64,000 nt of DNA. Source: Acidimicrobiales bacterium (GTDB lineage: Bacteria; Actinomycetota; Acidimicrobiia; Acidimicrobiales; CADCSY01). Positions 20,201 to 35,677 of this stretch are shown one piece after another. Position 1 is the stretch's first letter; every line of letters begins with the position of its first letter. Position numbers and translations under genes: made by a program. The notes under the pieces were generated by a model, which was not told the origin of the DNA, ran no database searches, and saw nothing but the letters and a program-made list of their open reading frames with translations. Location: positions 5,709 to 69,708 of the forward strand of contig DATLFP010000030.1 of assembly GCA_035540955.1 (NCBI GenBank). The letters are read 5' to 3'.

Positions 20201-21195
20201 CGCAGCGCGGTGCGGTTTGCCTCGTCGATGGCGCCGAGGACCTGGCGCTGCCGGTCGCCGCGGCTCAGCAACGCCAGGACGGCGATCGACTTCTCCGTCG
20301 ACAGCGTCAGGTCGTAGCCGACGCGCACGACCGGCCGCTGCCGTCGCTCGGCGAACGCCGCGACCTCCCCACGGGTGATCTCGTAGGCCGCGGTCGGTGC
20401 ATCGCTGGCGCGGCTGGCGACGATCCACGCTCGACCCGGCCGCAGCCCTGATGTCTCCAACGCCTCGATGGATGGACGGTGGTCCTCCCAGTACTTGCAG
20501 CAGCCGCGCACGTACTGCCTGCTGACGCCGAGCAGCCGCGCCGCTCGCGTCACCGACAGCACCTCCGCAGGGTCGCCGTCGCCGAGCACCGCGGCGGCGT
20601 CGATCGCTGCCCCTCGCGTCGCGACGCGGTCGAGCTCGGCCTCGGTGACCCATCGTTCGCCGCGCTCGTCCGTGAGCGCTCGCACCCACGGCGCGTCGTC
20701 GGTGTCGTCGACGATCTCGTGGTCGTCGCCCTCCTCGACCAGCGCGTCCAGCTCGCTGCGCGGCAGCCCCAGCGCCTTGGCCGCGTCGTCGAGCCCGTAC
20801 AGCCAGGACCCGTCGGCGGCGCGCCTGGTCGCCTGACCGACGGCGAGGTGGTCCCGGTCGGCCGAGCCCTGGGCGCGCAGCAGCCGCTCACCGGTCACCG
20901 GATGCCGGCCCTCGAGGACGCGAGCGAACGCCTCGCGCTCAACGACGCCGCCGAGGCCGAGCGCGGCAGCGCCCATGCCCAGCCAGCTTCCAGGGCCCTC
21001 GATGGAGTCGGCGTAGTAGCCGCTCGTCCGGTCGACATCCGGTGTCGGCGCGTCCACCTGCGGCGGATCAGTGACGCCCGGCGGGCGCAACTGCTGGGCG
21101 ACACCGGCCAGGTACTCGACGACCGCCTTAGCCACCTGCCCGGCCGACAGGCGCCCCGACCCGATCGGCGTGACGTTCAGGCGCACGGCGCGCAC
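17236..21195 (-). CDS. MobF-family relaxase (TrwC/TraA-like) fused to RecD-like helicase
   Basis: It lies in ORF 17236..21735. The likely GTG start is at 21195 or 21186 (VRAVRLNVTPIG). Relaxase motifs are TSGYYADSIEGPGSWLGMGA, GYDLTLSTEKSIAV and HATSRALDPFPHRHNVVAN. The helicase Walker A is GRPGSGKTH, with VLVDEAS and YALTSYAVQGAT. Confidence 0.9.
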   Translation of the reverse strand: MRAVRLNVTPIGSGRLSAGQVAKAVVEYLAGVAQQLRPPGVTDPPQVDAPTPDVDRTSGYYADSIEGPGSWLGMGAAALGLGGVVEREAFARVLEGRHPVTGERLLRAQGSADRDHLAVGQATRRAADGSWLYGLDDAAKALGLPRSELDALVEEGDDHEIVDDTDDAPWVRALTDERGERWVTEAELDRVATRGAAIDAAAVLGDGDPAEVLSVTRAARLLGVSRQYVRGCCKYWEDHRPSIEALETSGLRPGRAWIVASRASDAPTAAYEITRGEVAAFAERRQRPVVRVGYDLTLSTEKSIAVLALLSRGDRQRQVLGAIDEANRTALRFLEDHAAVGRRLGQRVGTEGLVVASFLHATSRALDPFPHRHNVVANAVADEFGERRALDGRALYRHAPAAAALATAAIRWRLSDELGVRWRRSARGVWEADGVPDATIREFSTRRDEVDAALAELSEALGRPLGPADTDRVVLATRAAKARTPVEELRAGWMQRARATGFGRRALASCFDRRAPRVRVRLSDEMEGALAAWLDEAVVAESPTFARGEVIEAICRWTVDNELVVLPPDEVVRLADRFLASERVIELDGRGRRARDSITRGDGVRVDATGGEPTFTTVSHARLEDRVRRAFDAALDAGAAVVPALALEAAPGWEALSEEQQVFVRDLCTSGMGVQCAVGRPGSGKTHSLAVAARAWQARGNRVVGAAVKGEAARLLGEATGVHAETMAWWLTALATGHEHLDDRTVVLVDEASTLGTRDLAGLLAQVSTAGSAVRLVGDPAQHGAVAAGGMFAALCRRRPAAVPVLKENRRQTTAVDRYVVDAVRAGRVAEAVAALRSAGQLTEVRDADGLYAAMVTRWLGARRAGEGHPMIDRRNRTRRILNAVAHRVLQAEGDVGATGLCANDGREFCVGDEVVARRPARDLHPPGAPRSYVRNGSRGRVVNAGDDSLTVDFDVLGRIDVPRQFVEEHADRRGRAGVGLDYGYALTSYAVQGATLPASTSAVTAGARRRELYVNLTRGRHDNHLFIAAPSDNLSGEGHLPRPPEDDVVAEVLAAVGRPDEDRSALEVDFRALAVADARAGHTPAHLRAAREAMDRGDKDDLAIATRAEQIAANAAARAAVAEPPPWVHALLPARPEVPWLAARWDTAVGAVGAYRARWEPAPIPGGSPSGRILGSPGCETQAAERAEALWLVGDVWAGVATRLLRDHARGDNALAPEHRSLLCAPPPWLRQHLRELGAAGGFAAGIPTSTLARLYVEIAEFRSRYSRDLVDDGPQRGLRSLLGPRPDEPLGRRQWDVLAHRAAETGTPPQRNRVRAR

Positions 21196-21205
21196 CGACC
21201 GGCCC

Positions 21206-21230
21206 GCAGGTTTCCCGAAGGGAAACCTGC
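21206..21230. promoter_or_regulatory. perfect 11-bp hairpin (GCAGGTTTCCC-GAA-GGGAAACCTGC), candidate oriT element or 5'-UTR structure
   Basis: Read directly. It sits 11 nt upstream of the relaxase start candidate 21195, and no U-tract follows on the transcribed strand. Confidence 0.4.
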
Positions 21231-21280
21231 AAGCGTGTATCTGCGGGTAGGGCGGTCCGCGAGGACGCGGGTGGCGCCGC

Positions 21281-21324
21281 AAACGTGAGTGGCTCGCGAG
21301 GCGTTGGGGTCGAAAACGTGAGCG
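21281..21324 (+). repeat. two AAACGTGAG(T/C)G iterons upstream of the relaxase
   Basis: aaacgtgagtgg at 21281-21292 and aaacgtgagcg at 21314-21324. Confidence 0.6.
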
Positions 21325-21367
21325 CGGAGCGAGTTCGCGAGTAGGCCTGGAGAGCGGTGGTTCGCGG

Positions 21368-24062
<2,695 letters not shown>

Positions 24063-24066
24063 GCGT

Positions 24067-24663
24067 TCAGCGACGTTGCGCCAGCGCGGAGTCGAAAACA
24101 GCGGCGACGTCGTAGCGGTAGGCCTCGGCGGCATCAGCGCCGATCTGTACCATGGACATCAGCAGCGACAGGCTGATCGTCAGGATGCCGTTGCCCAGCA
24201 TCGTTGCGTCGACATCGGTGCGGACAGAGCCGGCGAGCTGGCCCGTTCGCAAGCGCTCGATGCACGCTTTGCGCAGCTCGTTGACCGCCGGTATCTCGAG
24301 GACCCGCGAGGTGATCTCGGGCTCGAGGCCACCGAGCAACCGCCGGGCGAGGGGGTGGTGCTCGACGGACGCGAAGAGGTCGAGGATCAGCTGCAACGGC
24401 CAGTCGCCGGATCCCGTCTCGCCCTCGAGGTTCGGCAGCCCTGCTCCGATGACCGCGGCAGCGTCGTCGTCGACCGCTGCGATGAACAGCGCTTCCTTGT
24501 TCGGGAAGTAGGTGTACGCGACCGTCCCGCCGACCGCCGCGTCGCGGGCGATGTCGGCAACCGACGTCGACCGATAGCCGTCGCGGGCGAAGCGGGCGAC
24601 GGCTGCATCGAGGATGGCGCGCCGGGTCTGCTCGCCTCTGCTCGGCCGGCCCACCTGCACCAC
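24067..24663 (-). CDS. TetR-family transcriptional regulator
   Basis: HTH is RRAILDAAVARFARDGYRSTSVADIARDAAVGGTVAYTYFPNKEALF. The start is set at GTG 24663 because third-position G/C collapses upstream (24664-24720). Confidence 0.85.
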   Translation of the reverse strand: MVQVGRPSRGEQTRRAILDAAVARFARDGYRSTSVADIARDAAVGGTVAYTYFPNKEALFIAAVDDDAAAVIGAGLPNLEGETGSGDWPLQLILDLFASVEHHPLARRLLGGLEPEITSRVLEIPAVNELRKACIERLRTGQLAGSVRTDVDATMLGNGILTISLSLLMSMVQIGADAAEAYRYDVAAVFDSALAQRR

Positions 24664-24669
24664 GGTAAC

Positions 24670-24685
24670 CGAATCTGAGGATTCG
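24670..24685. promoter_or_regulatory. perfect palindrome CGAATC-TGAG-GATTCG, candidate TetR operator
   Basis: It lies in the roughly 78-bp divergent region between the TetR gene and the hydrolase gene. Confidence 0.4.
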
Positions 24686-24741
24686 AGGGAATCGCTCAGT
24701 TCCTCTACAGTCGTTGACACCCCCCGGTGACAGGAGCCTTC

Positions 24742-25611
24742 ATGCCCGGCAGCACTTCCAAAGAACGCACGGTCCCGACCCGCCGAATCTCCTTCGAGGA
24801 GTCGCTCGCCGCGGTGCCGAAGCACTTCGGCGCCGACGGCGACGTCGTCCTCAGCCACTTCGCGGCGTCGCTCTCCTCGGTCTTCCCCGACGGCGAGGAC
24901 TTCTTCGTGCGATCGGTCCGCTACTTCCGCGACCAGATCGACGACCCGGTGCTCAAGCGCAACGTCGCCGGGTTCATCGGCCAGGAGGCGATGCACGGGC
25001 GCGAGCACCGCGACTTCAACGTCCGCCTCGCCGAGCTCGGCTACCCGACGAAGCACTTCGAGCGCATGACCAAGCGCGGCGTCGAGCTCGGTGAGCGGGT
25101 GCTGTCGCCGAAGGTGTGCCTCGCTGCGACGGCCGCGCTCGAGCACTTCACCGCGGCGCTGGCCGAGCTCATCCTCAGCGATCCGGAAGCTCGGGACCTG
25201 TTCGGCAACGACGAGGTGAAGAACCTGTTCCTCTGGCACGCGCTCGAAGAGTCCGAGCACAAGGCGGTGGCGTTCGACGTGTACCGCGCGGTCGGCGGTA
25301 GCGAGCGCATGCGGCGGCGAACGATGAACGCGGTCGCCGTCGCGTTCATCGGGGGGATGACGTTCGCTGTCGTCGTCTCCCTGCTCGGTGATCGGGCGAC
25401 GTACCGGCCGCGAGCGCTGCTGCGGGGCCTGCGCCGGTTCTGGCGATCGCCGATGGTCAGCCGAGCGCTGTGGCGTCAGCTGCGCGACTACAACCGCCCC
25501 GGCTTCCATCCGGACGATCGGGACACGCACGCGCTCGTCGAGCACTGGCGCGAGGTGCTCTTCGGCACGGCGGGGTACTTGACCGACAAGCTCACGAGCT
25601 CGGCGGCGTGA
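24742..25611 (+). CDS. predicted metal-dependent hydrolase (PF10118-like)
   Basis: ATG 24742 is preceded by AGGAG. The pattern is FPDGEDFFVRSVRYFRDQIDDPVLKRNVAGFIGQEAMHGREHRDFN...WHALEESEHKAV. Confidence 0.75.
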   Translation: MPGSTSKERTVPTRRISFEESLAAVPKHFGADGDVVLSHFAASLSSVFPDGEDFFVRSVRYFRDQIDDPVLKRNVAGFIGQEAMHGREHRDFNVRLAELGYPTKHFERMTKRGVELGERVLSPKVCLAATAALEHFTAALAELILSDPEARDLFGNDEVKNLFLWHALEESEHKAVAFDVYRAVGGSERMRRRTMNAVAVAFIGGMTFAVVVSLLGDRATYRPRALLRGLRRFWRSPMVSRALWRQLRDYNRPGFHPDDRDTHALVEHWREVLFGTAGYLTDKLTSSAA

Positions 25612-27139
25612 TGTCGGCGACGACGGTGGAGCACCTCGACGTGCTCGTGGTCGGTGCCGGCCTGTCGGGCATCTGCGCCGGGCACTACGTGCAGGCCGAC
25701 TGCCCTTGGGCCTCGTACGCCATCTTCGAGGCGCGCGACTCGGTCGGCGGCACCTGGGACCTGTTTCGCTACCCCGGCGTCCGCTCCGACTCCGACATGT
25801 TCACCCTGGGCTATCCGTTCCGGCCCTGGGCCAGCGATCGCATGATCGTCGACGGCGGATCGATCCTGCGGTACATCGAGGACACCGCGGCCGAGGAGGG
25901 GATCGACGAGCACATCCGCTATCGGCACCGCATCGTCCGGGCCGACTGGTCGACCCCGGACGCGCGCTGGCACGTCACCGCCCAGCGGACCGACACTGGC
26001 GAGACGGTCGAGGTCACGTGTGGGTTCCTGCTCTCCTGCAGCGGCTACTACCGCTACGACCACGGCTACCTGCCCGACTTCCCCGGCATGGATGGCTACG
26101 GCGGCACGATGGTGCACCCGCAGGACTGGCCCGACGACCTCGACCACGCCGGCAAGCGCGTCGTCGTGATCGGCAGCGGCGCGACCGCGGTGACGCTCGT
26201 CCCCGCCCTTGCGGAGACGGCGGCGCAGGTGACGATGCTGCAGCGCTCGCCGACGTACGTCGCGTCGCTCCCCGGCCGCAACCCAGCGGTCGGTCTCATC
26301 CAGCGCGTCCTGCCCGATCGCGTCGGCGGTCCGATCGTGCGCTGGCTCCACGCCCTCGGCACCCAGGCCGCCTACCAGCTGAGCCGGCGCCGCCCGAACC
26401 TCGTCAAGCGGATCCTGCGCTTCGCCCTGCAGCGGGAGCTGCCGGCGGGCTACGACATCGACACCCACTTCACCCCGCGATACGACCCGTGGGACCAGCG
26501 CATGTGCCTCGTCCCCGACGGTGACCTGTTCAAGGCGATCCGCTCCGGCACCGTCGAGGTCGTCACCGACCACATCGACACCTTCACCGAGACCGGCGTG
26601 CGGCTGCAGTCCGGTGCCGAGCTCGAGGCCGACATCATCGTGACCGCGACGGGGCTCGAGCTCCTCTTCGTCGGCGGGATCGAGCTCGTCGTCGACGGCG
26701 CGGTGGTCGAGCTGCCGGACACCCTGACCTACAAGGGGATGATGCTCGACGGCGTGCCGAACTTCGCGTTCGCCGTCGGCTACACGAACGCGTCGTGGAC
26801 CCTCAAGTGCGACCTGACGTGCCGCTACGTCGTCCGCCTCCTCAATCACCTGCGCCGCACCGGGGATCGCCAAGCCCGACCGGTCAACCAGGATCCGACG
26901 GTCACGGCCGCGCCGCTGCTCGACCTGTCGTCGGGCTACATCCAGCGGGGCGCGGACCGCATGCCTCGGCAGGGCTCGAAGTTCCCGTGGCAGGTGCACC
27001 AGAGCTACCTGCGCGACTACCGCGTCATGAAGCTCGGCGGCATCGAGGACGGCGTGCTCGAGCTCTCCAGTCCAGCCGCCCAGCCGGCCGTGGTCGGCGC
27101 CCGGCCGGAAACCGCGACGACCGAACAGGAGCGTGCATC

Positions 27140-27143
<4 letters not shown>
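25611..27143 (+). CDS. EthA-type flavin monooxygenase (Baeyer-Villiger class)
   Basis: ATG at 25611 overlaps the previous stop. The FAD motif is VVGAGLSGI. The BVMO fingerprint variant is YGGTMVHPQDWP. The second Rossmann motif is VVVIGSGATAV. Confidence 0.9.
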
Positions 27144-31175
<4,032 letters not shown>

Positions 31176-31179
<4 letters not shown>

Positions 31180-32078
31180 GGCGCCTCCTTGGCGATGAAC
31201 GCGCCGACCCGGGCGACGGCCTCGTCCGCCTCGGGGACGGCGCCGGCGAAGAAGTGCCAGACGTGCAGCATGTCCTCTGCGACCGTGAGGGTTACGTCGA
31301 CGCCTGCCGCGCTCGCTCGCTCGGCGAGGCGGCGGGCGTCGTCGAGCAGGACCTCGGCGGTGCCGACGTCGACAAGGAGCGGGGGCAGCCCGGCGAGGTC
31401 GGCGAACAACGGGCTCACCGCCGGGTCGCCGGCATCGCGCTCCCCGCGGTACGCGTCGGCCCAGCGGCCGAGATCCTCGGCACGGACCATCGGATCCACG
31501 TCGGCCTTGGTCGCGATCGTCGCGCCGCTCTGGGTCAGGTCGACCCACGGTGACAGGCACACCCCGGCCGCCGGGAGCGGGTCACCGGCGTCGCGCAGCG
31601 CCACCAGCGTCGCCACCGTGAGGCCGCCGCCGGCGGAGTCGCCGCCGATCACCGTTCGCGCCGGGTCGGCGCCCCCGGACGTGAGCGCCCACCGATAGGC
31701 GCGCACGGCGTCATCGAGGGCGGCCGGATGCGGGTCCTCGGGGGCGAGCCGGTAGCCCACCGACAGCACCCGGGCGCGGGCTGCGGCCGACACGTGGCTG
31801 AGCATGGCCCGGTGGCCGAGCACCGAGCCGATGCAGTAGCCCCCACCGTGGAAGTACACGACCGTGCGTCCGGCGTCGGCCTCGGGAGCCACGACCCACT
31901 CGGCGGGCACGCCGCCGGCGTCGACCGCGGTGACCTCGGTGCCGTCGGCGAGCGGCATGAGCTGGCCGAGCCCGTCGTAGGCGGCCCGCCACTCCTCGAC
32001 GGTCATCGCCACGTCGCCCCGCTGCTCGGCGGTGCTCCGCAGCATGGTGACGATCCCCTCGAGTGCCTCGCTCCGCAT
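31176..32078 (-). CDS. alpha/beta-hydrolase esterase/lipase (HSL family)
   Basis: ATG at 32078. It has the HGGGY oxyanion motif and the GDSAGG nucleophile elbow. The upstream 330 codons of ORF 31176..33068 are antisense junk. Confidence 0.85.
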
Positions 32079-32105
32079 GGCGCTCCCCCCGTCGATCGAT
32101 GTGAC

Positions 32106-32133
32106 GTGCGACAGCATGGGCAAGATGTCTCGC
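32106..32133. promoter_or_regulatory. operator-like site GTGCGACA-N12-TGTCTCGC
   Basis: It lies in the 85-bp divergent region between the esterase operon and the enoyl-CoA hydratase operon, and is a member of the ATGCGACA-N12-TGTCGCAT family. Confidence 0.4.
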
Positions 32134-32163
32134 CGGGTCAACTTCGGCGCTACGGTCGCGCCG

Positions 32164-32976
32164 ATGGGCGAACCCCACCTTCTCGTCGACGTGGCCGACG
32201 GCATCGCCCGGCTCACGCTCAACCGTCCCGACAAGCGCAACGCGCTGAGCCCGGAGATGATCGTGCGCCTGGCCGAGGCGTGGGACCAGGTCGCCGACGA
32301 CCCGGCGGTGCGCGTCGCGCTGCTCACCGGCGCCGGCGACGCGGCGTTCTGCTCGGGGGCCGACCTCGGTCGCCTCATCCCCTTGTTCACGGGCGGTCGC
32401 CCGCCCGAGGACGAGTGGGACGAGCGGCTGCGATCCGAGCCCGGCCTGCTCGACCGGGCGCTGCTGCGCACGACCTCGTTCCCCGTGCCCGTCGTGGCCG
32501 CGGCACGCGGGTACGCCGTGGCGGGTGGCATGGAGCTGCTCCTGGCGAGCGACCTGCGCGTCGTCGCCAACGACAGCGAGCTCGGTCTCACCGAGGTGAG
32601 CCGAGGCATCCTGCCGGCCGGCGGTGGGCTGTCTCGCCTCGGCCGCCAGGTGCCGTGGGCGCGGGCCGCGGAGATCGTGCTCGTCGGTGACCGGATCCCG
32701 GCTTCGGAGGCGCTGGCCATCGGGCTCGTGAACCGGGTCGTGCCCTCGGCCGAGGTGCTGCCCACCGCCGAGGCGTTCGCCCGGCGCATGGCCGAGAACG
32801 GCCCGCTCGCGCTGCGGGCAGCCAAGGAGGTGATGGTCACCTCCAACGGGCGCCCGCTGGAGGAGGCGTTCGCCATCGAGAGCCGGGCCGCCGGGGTGGT
32901 CATGCGCTCTGACGACGCTCGCGAGGGGCCGCTGGCGTTCATGGAGAAGCGCCAGCCCAACTTCACCGGCCGATGA
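32164..32976 (+). CDS. enoyl-CoA hydratase/isomerase (crotonase fold)
   Basis: The sequence is MGEPHLLVDVADGIARLTLNRPDKRNAL, with FCSGADL and GYAVAGGMELLLASD. Confidence 0.85.
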   Translation: MGEPHLLVDVADGIARLTLNRPDKRNALSPEMIVRLAEAWDQVADDPAVRVALLTGAGDAAFCSGADLGRLIPLFTGGRPPEDEWDERLRSEPGLLDRALLRTTSFPVPVVAAARGYAVAGGMELLLASDLRVVANDSELGLTEVSRGILPAGGGLSRLGRQVPWARAAEIVLVGDRIPASEALAIGLVNRVVPSAEVLPTAEAFARRMAENGPLALRAAKEVMVTSNGRPLEEAFAIESRAAGVVMRSDDAREGPLAFMEKRQPNFTGR

Positions 32977-32985
32977 CGGGGGAGC

Positions 32986-34155
32986 GTGATGGACTTCGAC
33001 CTGCCCGCTGAGGACGACCCGCGCCGCGTCGCGGTGCGGGCATGGCTGGCCGAGCACCCGTCGCCCACGGGGCGGGCGCTGGCCGAGGCCGGCTACGTCG
33101 CGCCGCACTGGCCTGCGCCGTGGGGCCTCGACGCCGACCCGATCCACCAGCTGGTGATCGACGACGAGCTGGCCCGTGCTGGCGTGCGTCGCCCCATGAA
33201 CCCGATCGGCATCGGCTGGGCGGGGCCGACGATCCTGCACGCCGGCACCGACGAGCAGAAGAACCGCTACCTGATGCCGCTCCTCGCCGGGCAGGAGCTG
33301 TGGTGCCAGCTGTTCTCCGAACCCGGTGCCGGGTCCGATCTCGCGAGCCTCGGCACCCGCGCCGTGCGCGATGGCGACGAGTACATCGTCAACGGCCAGA
33401 AGATCTGGACGTCACTGGCGCAGTGGTCGCGGTACGGCATCCTCATCGCCCGCACCGACCCCGACGCGCCGAAGCACCAGGGCGTGTCCTACTTCATCTG
33501 CCCGATGGACGCTCCGGGCATCGAGATCCGCCCGATCATCGAGATGACCGGCACGCACACGTTCAACGAGGTGTTCTTCACCGACGTGCGCATCCCCGCC
33601 GCCAACCTCGTGGGCGAGGAGAACCTCGGCTGGGGGCTCGCCAAGGTCACGCTCGGCAACGAGCGGGTGTCGCTGTCGGGCGGCGGCGCGCTGTGGGGCA
33701 ACGGACCGGCTGCGGGTGACCTCCTCGACCTCGTGCGCAGCCGGGGCGGCACCGACGACCCGGTGTTGCGCCAGCGGCTCGCCCGCCTCCACATCGAGGC
33801 CGAGGTGCTCCGACTCATCCGCCTCCGCACCGTCACGGCGCGGATCAAGGGCGACCAGCCCGGGGCGGAGGCGTCGATCCGCAAGGCGATGGCCGACGAC
33901 CACGGCCGGCACATCCTCGAGCTGGCCAAGGACCTGGCCGGCGCGGCCGGCATGCTGAGCGACGCCGGCCCGATGGGCGCCGACGCCGGGATGTGGACGC
34001 ACGGGTTCCTGTTCTCGCCGGCGCTCACCATCGGCGGGGGCACCTCGGTCGTGCAGCGCAACATCATCGCGGAGCGCGTGCTGGGGCTGCCCCACGACAT
34101 CGACGTCGAGCAGGGCATGACGTGGGCCGAGACGCGACGGAGGAGTGCAGCATGA
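32986..34155 (+). CDS. acyl-CoA dehydrogenase
   Basis: 389 aa. The pattern is QLFSEPGAGSDLASL...YIVNGQKIWTS...GGGTSVVQRNIIAERVLGLP. Confidence 0.9.
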   Translation: MMDFDLPAEDDPRRVAVRAWLAEHPSPTGRALAEAGYVAPHWPAPWGLDADPIHQLVIDDELARAGVRRPMNPIGIGWAGPTILHAGTDEQKNRYLMPLLAGQELWCQLFSEPGAGSDLASLGTRAVRDGDEYIVNGQKIWTSLAQWSRYGILIARTDPDAPKHQGVSYFICPMDAPGIEIRPIIEMTGTHTFNEVFFTDVRIPAANLVGEENLGWGLAKVTLGNERVSLSGGGALWGNGPAAGDLLDLVRSRGGTDDPVLRQRLARLHIEAEVLRLIRLRTVTARIKGDQPGAEASIRKAMADDHGRHILELAKDLAGAAGMLSDAGPMGADAGMWTHGFLFSPALTIGGGTSVVQRNIIAERVLGLPHDIDVEQGMTWAETRRRSAA

Positions 34156-35657
34156 GCATCGACGAGATGCAGGTGCCGGTGGTGATCGCCGGGGGGCACG
34201 CCATCGAGCGCGAGGCGATCGTGACGACCGAGGACCTCTGCGAGCGCGCCGCGCGCGCCGCGCTCGACGCCGCGCCGAGGCTGGCCGATCGCATCCAGCG
34301 GGTGTCGGTGGTCAGCACGGTGTTCTCGCCGTCGAGCCCGCGCGGCGCCACCGAGCTGGGCGAGCGGCTCGGGCTGGCAGCCGGAGATCGCGAGACCTCG
34401 ACCGTCGGCGGCAACACCCCGCAGTGGCTCGTGACGCGCGCCGCCGAGCAGATCAGCCGCGGCGAGTTGGCGGTGACGCTGCTGGCCGGGGCGGAGTCGA
34501 CGCGCTCGGCGCGCTCCAGCGGCGAGCAGGACCGACTCTTCCGTCGACGCGAGGAGCTCGCGGACGTCGCCGATCCCGTGGTGGGCGCCAGCAGCGACGG
34601 GATGCTCTCGGCCGCCGAGATGGTGCAGCAGCTGTGGCAGCCGGCGCACGTGTACCCGCTGTTCGAGAGCGCGATGGCGGCGCGCGCCGGGCGGACCTTT
34701 GCCGAGCAGCGCGCGTTCCTCGGGCGGATGCTGGCGCCCTTCACCGAGGCGGCGGCGCGCCACCCCTACGCCTGGTTCCGCGACACCGCGACGCCCGACG
34801 AGCTCGCGACGCCGACGCCGGAGAACCGGGTCACCGCCGAGCCCTACACCAAGCGCATGAACGCGTTCCCCAACGTCGACCTCGGCGCCGCACTGATCGT
34901 GTGCTCGCTGGCCGAGGCCCGTCGCGCCGGGCTCGCCGATCGCGCCGTCTTCGTCTGGTCGGGGGCCGACGCCGCCGAGGTGCTGGCACCGACGGCGCGT
35001 CCACACCTCGCTTCTTCACCCGGCATCGCGGCGGCGACGTCGCGTGCGCTCGAGGCCGCCGGCGTCGGCGTCGACGACATCGCCCGCTTCGACTTCTACT
35101 CGTGCTTCCCCTCGGCCGTGCAGGCGGCTGCCGAAGCCGTCGGCATCGCGGTCGACGACCGGCGCGGCCTCACCGTCACCGGCGGGCTGCCGTACTTCGG
35201 CGGGCCCGGCAACAACTACCCGATGCACTCGATCGCCACGATGATCGACCTGCTCCGGAGCGAGCTCGGCCTGGCGCTCGTCACCGGGCTCGGCGGGTTC
35301 ATCACCAAGCACGCCGCCGGCATCTACGGCAGCGAGCCGCCGCCAGCGGGATTCCGCCGCGGTGACACCAGCGCCGACCAGCGCGCCATCGACGCGTCGG
35401 CCATCCCGCTCGCGGTCGACGATGCAGCCGGGGGTGCGACGGTCGACGCCTCGACGGTCGTGTACGCGAGCGACGGCAGCGTGGAGTCGGTCCCCGTGAT
35501 CGCCCGGCTCGACGACGGGCGCCGGGTGGCGGCCAAGGCGCATCCCGGGGAGCTGGCTGGCCTCGCCGGTCAGAGCCTCGTCGGTGCCCGCATCCAGGTC
35601 GACGGCTCGCCGGCGACGTTCCGGGTCGAGTCCGAGCCGGCGCTCGCCGGCCGGTAG
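34152..35657 (+). CDS. thiolase-like protein with C-terminal OB-fold-like extension
   Basis: ATG at 34152 is preceded by GGAGG and overlaps the ACAD stop. The sequence has ...FDFYSCFPSAVQ...GGLPYFGGPGNNY.... Confidence 0.75.
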   Translation: MSIDEMQVPVVIAGGHAIEREAIVTTEDLCERAARAALDAAPRLADRIQRVSVVSTVFSPSSPRGATELGERLGLAAGDRETSTVGGNTPQWLVTRAAEQISRGELAVTLLAGAESTRSARSSGEQDRLFRRREELADVADPVVGASSDGMLSAAEMVQQLWQPAHVYPLFESAMAARAGRTFAEQRAFLGRMLAPFTEAAARHPYAWFRDTATPDELATPTPENRVTAEPYTKRMNAFPNVDLGAALIVCSLAEARRAGLADRAVFVWSGADAAEVLAPTARPHLASSPGIAAATSRALEAAGVGVDDIARFDFYSCFPSAVQAAAEAVGIAVDDRRGLTVTGGLPYFGGPGNNYPMHSIATMIDLLRSELGLALVTGLGGFITKHAAGIYGSEPPPAGFRRGDTSADQRAIDASAIPLAVDDAAGGATVDASTVVYASDGSVESVPVIARLDDGRRVAAKAHPGELAGLAGQSLVGARIQVDGSPATFRVESEPALAGR

Positions 35658-35677
35658 AACGAAGAAAGGGAGGCACC

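Noticed and set aside
17197-20378. Plus-strand ORFs 17197..18384, 18755..20317 and 19455..20378
   Set aside because: They are antisense or off-frame to the relaxase-helicase. Their low-complexity Arg/Ser/Ala-rich translations are not coding-like.
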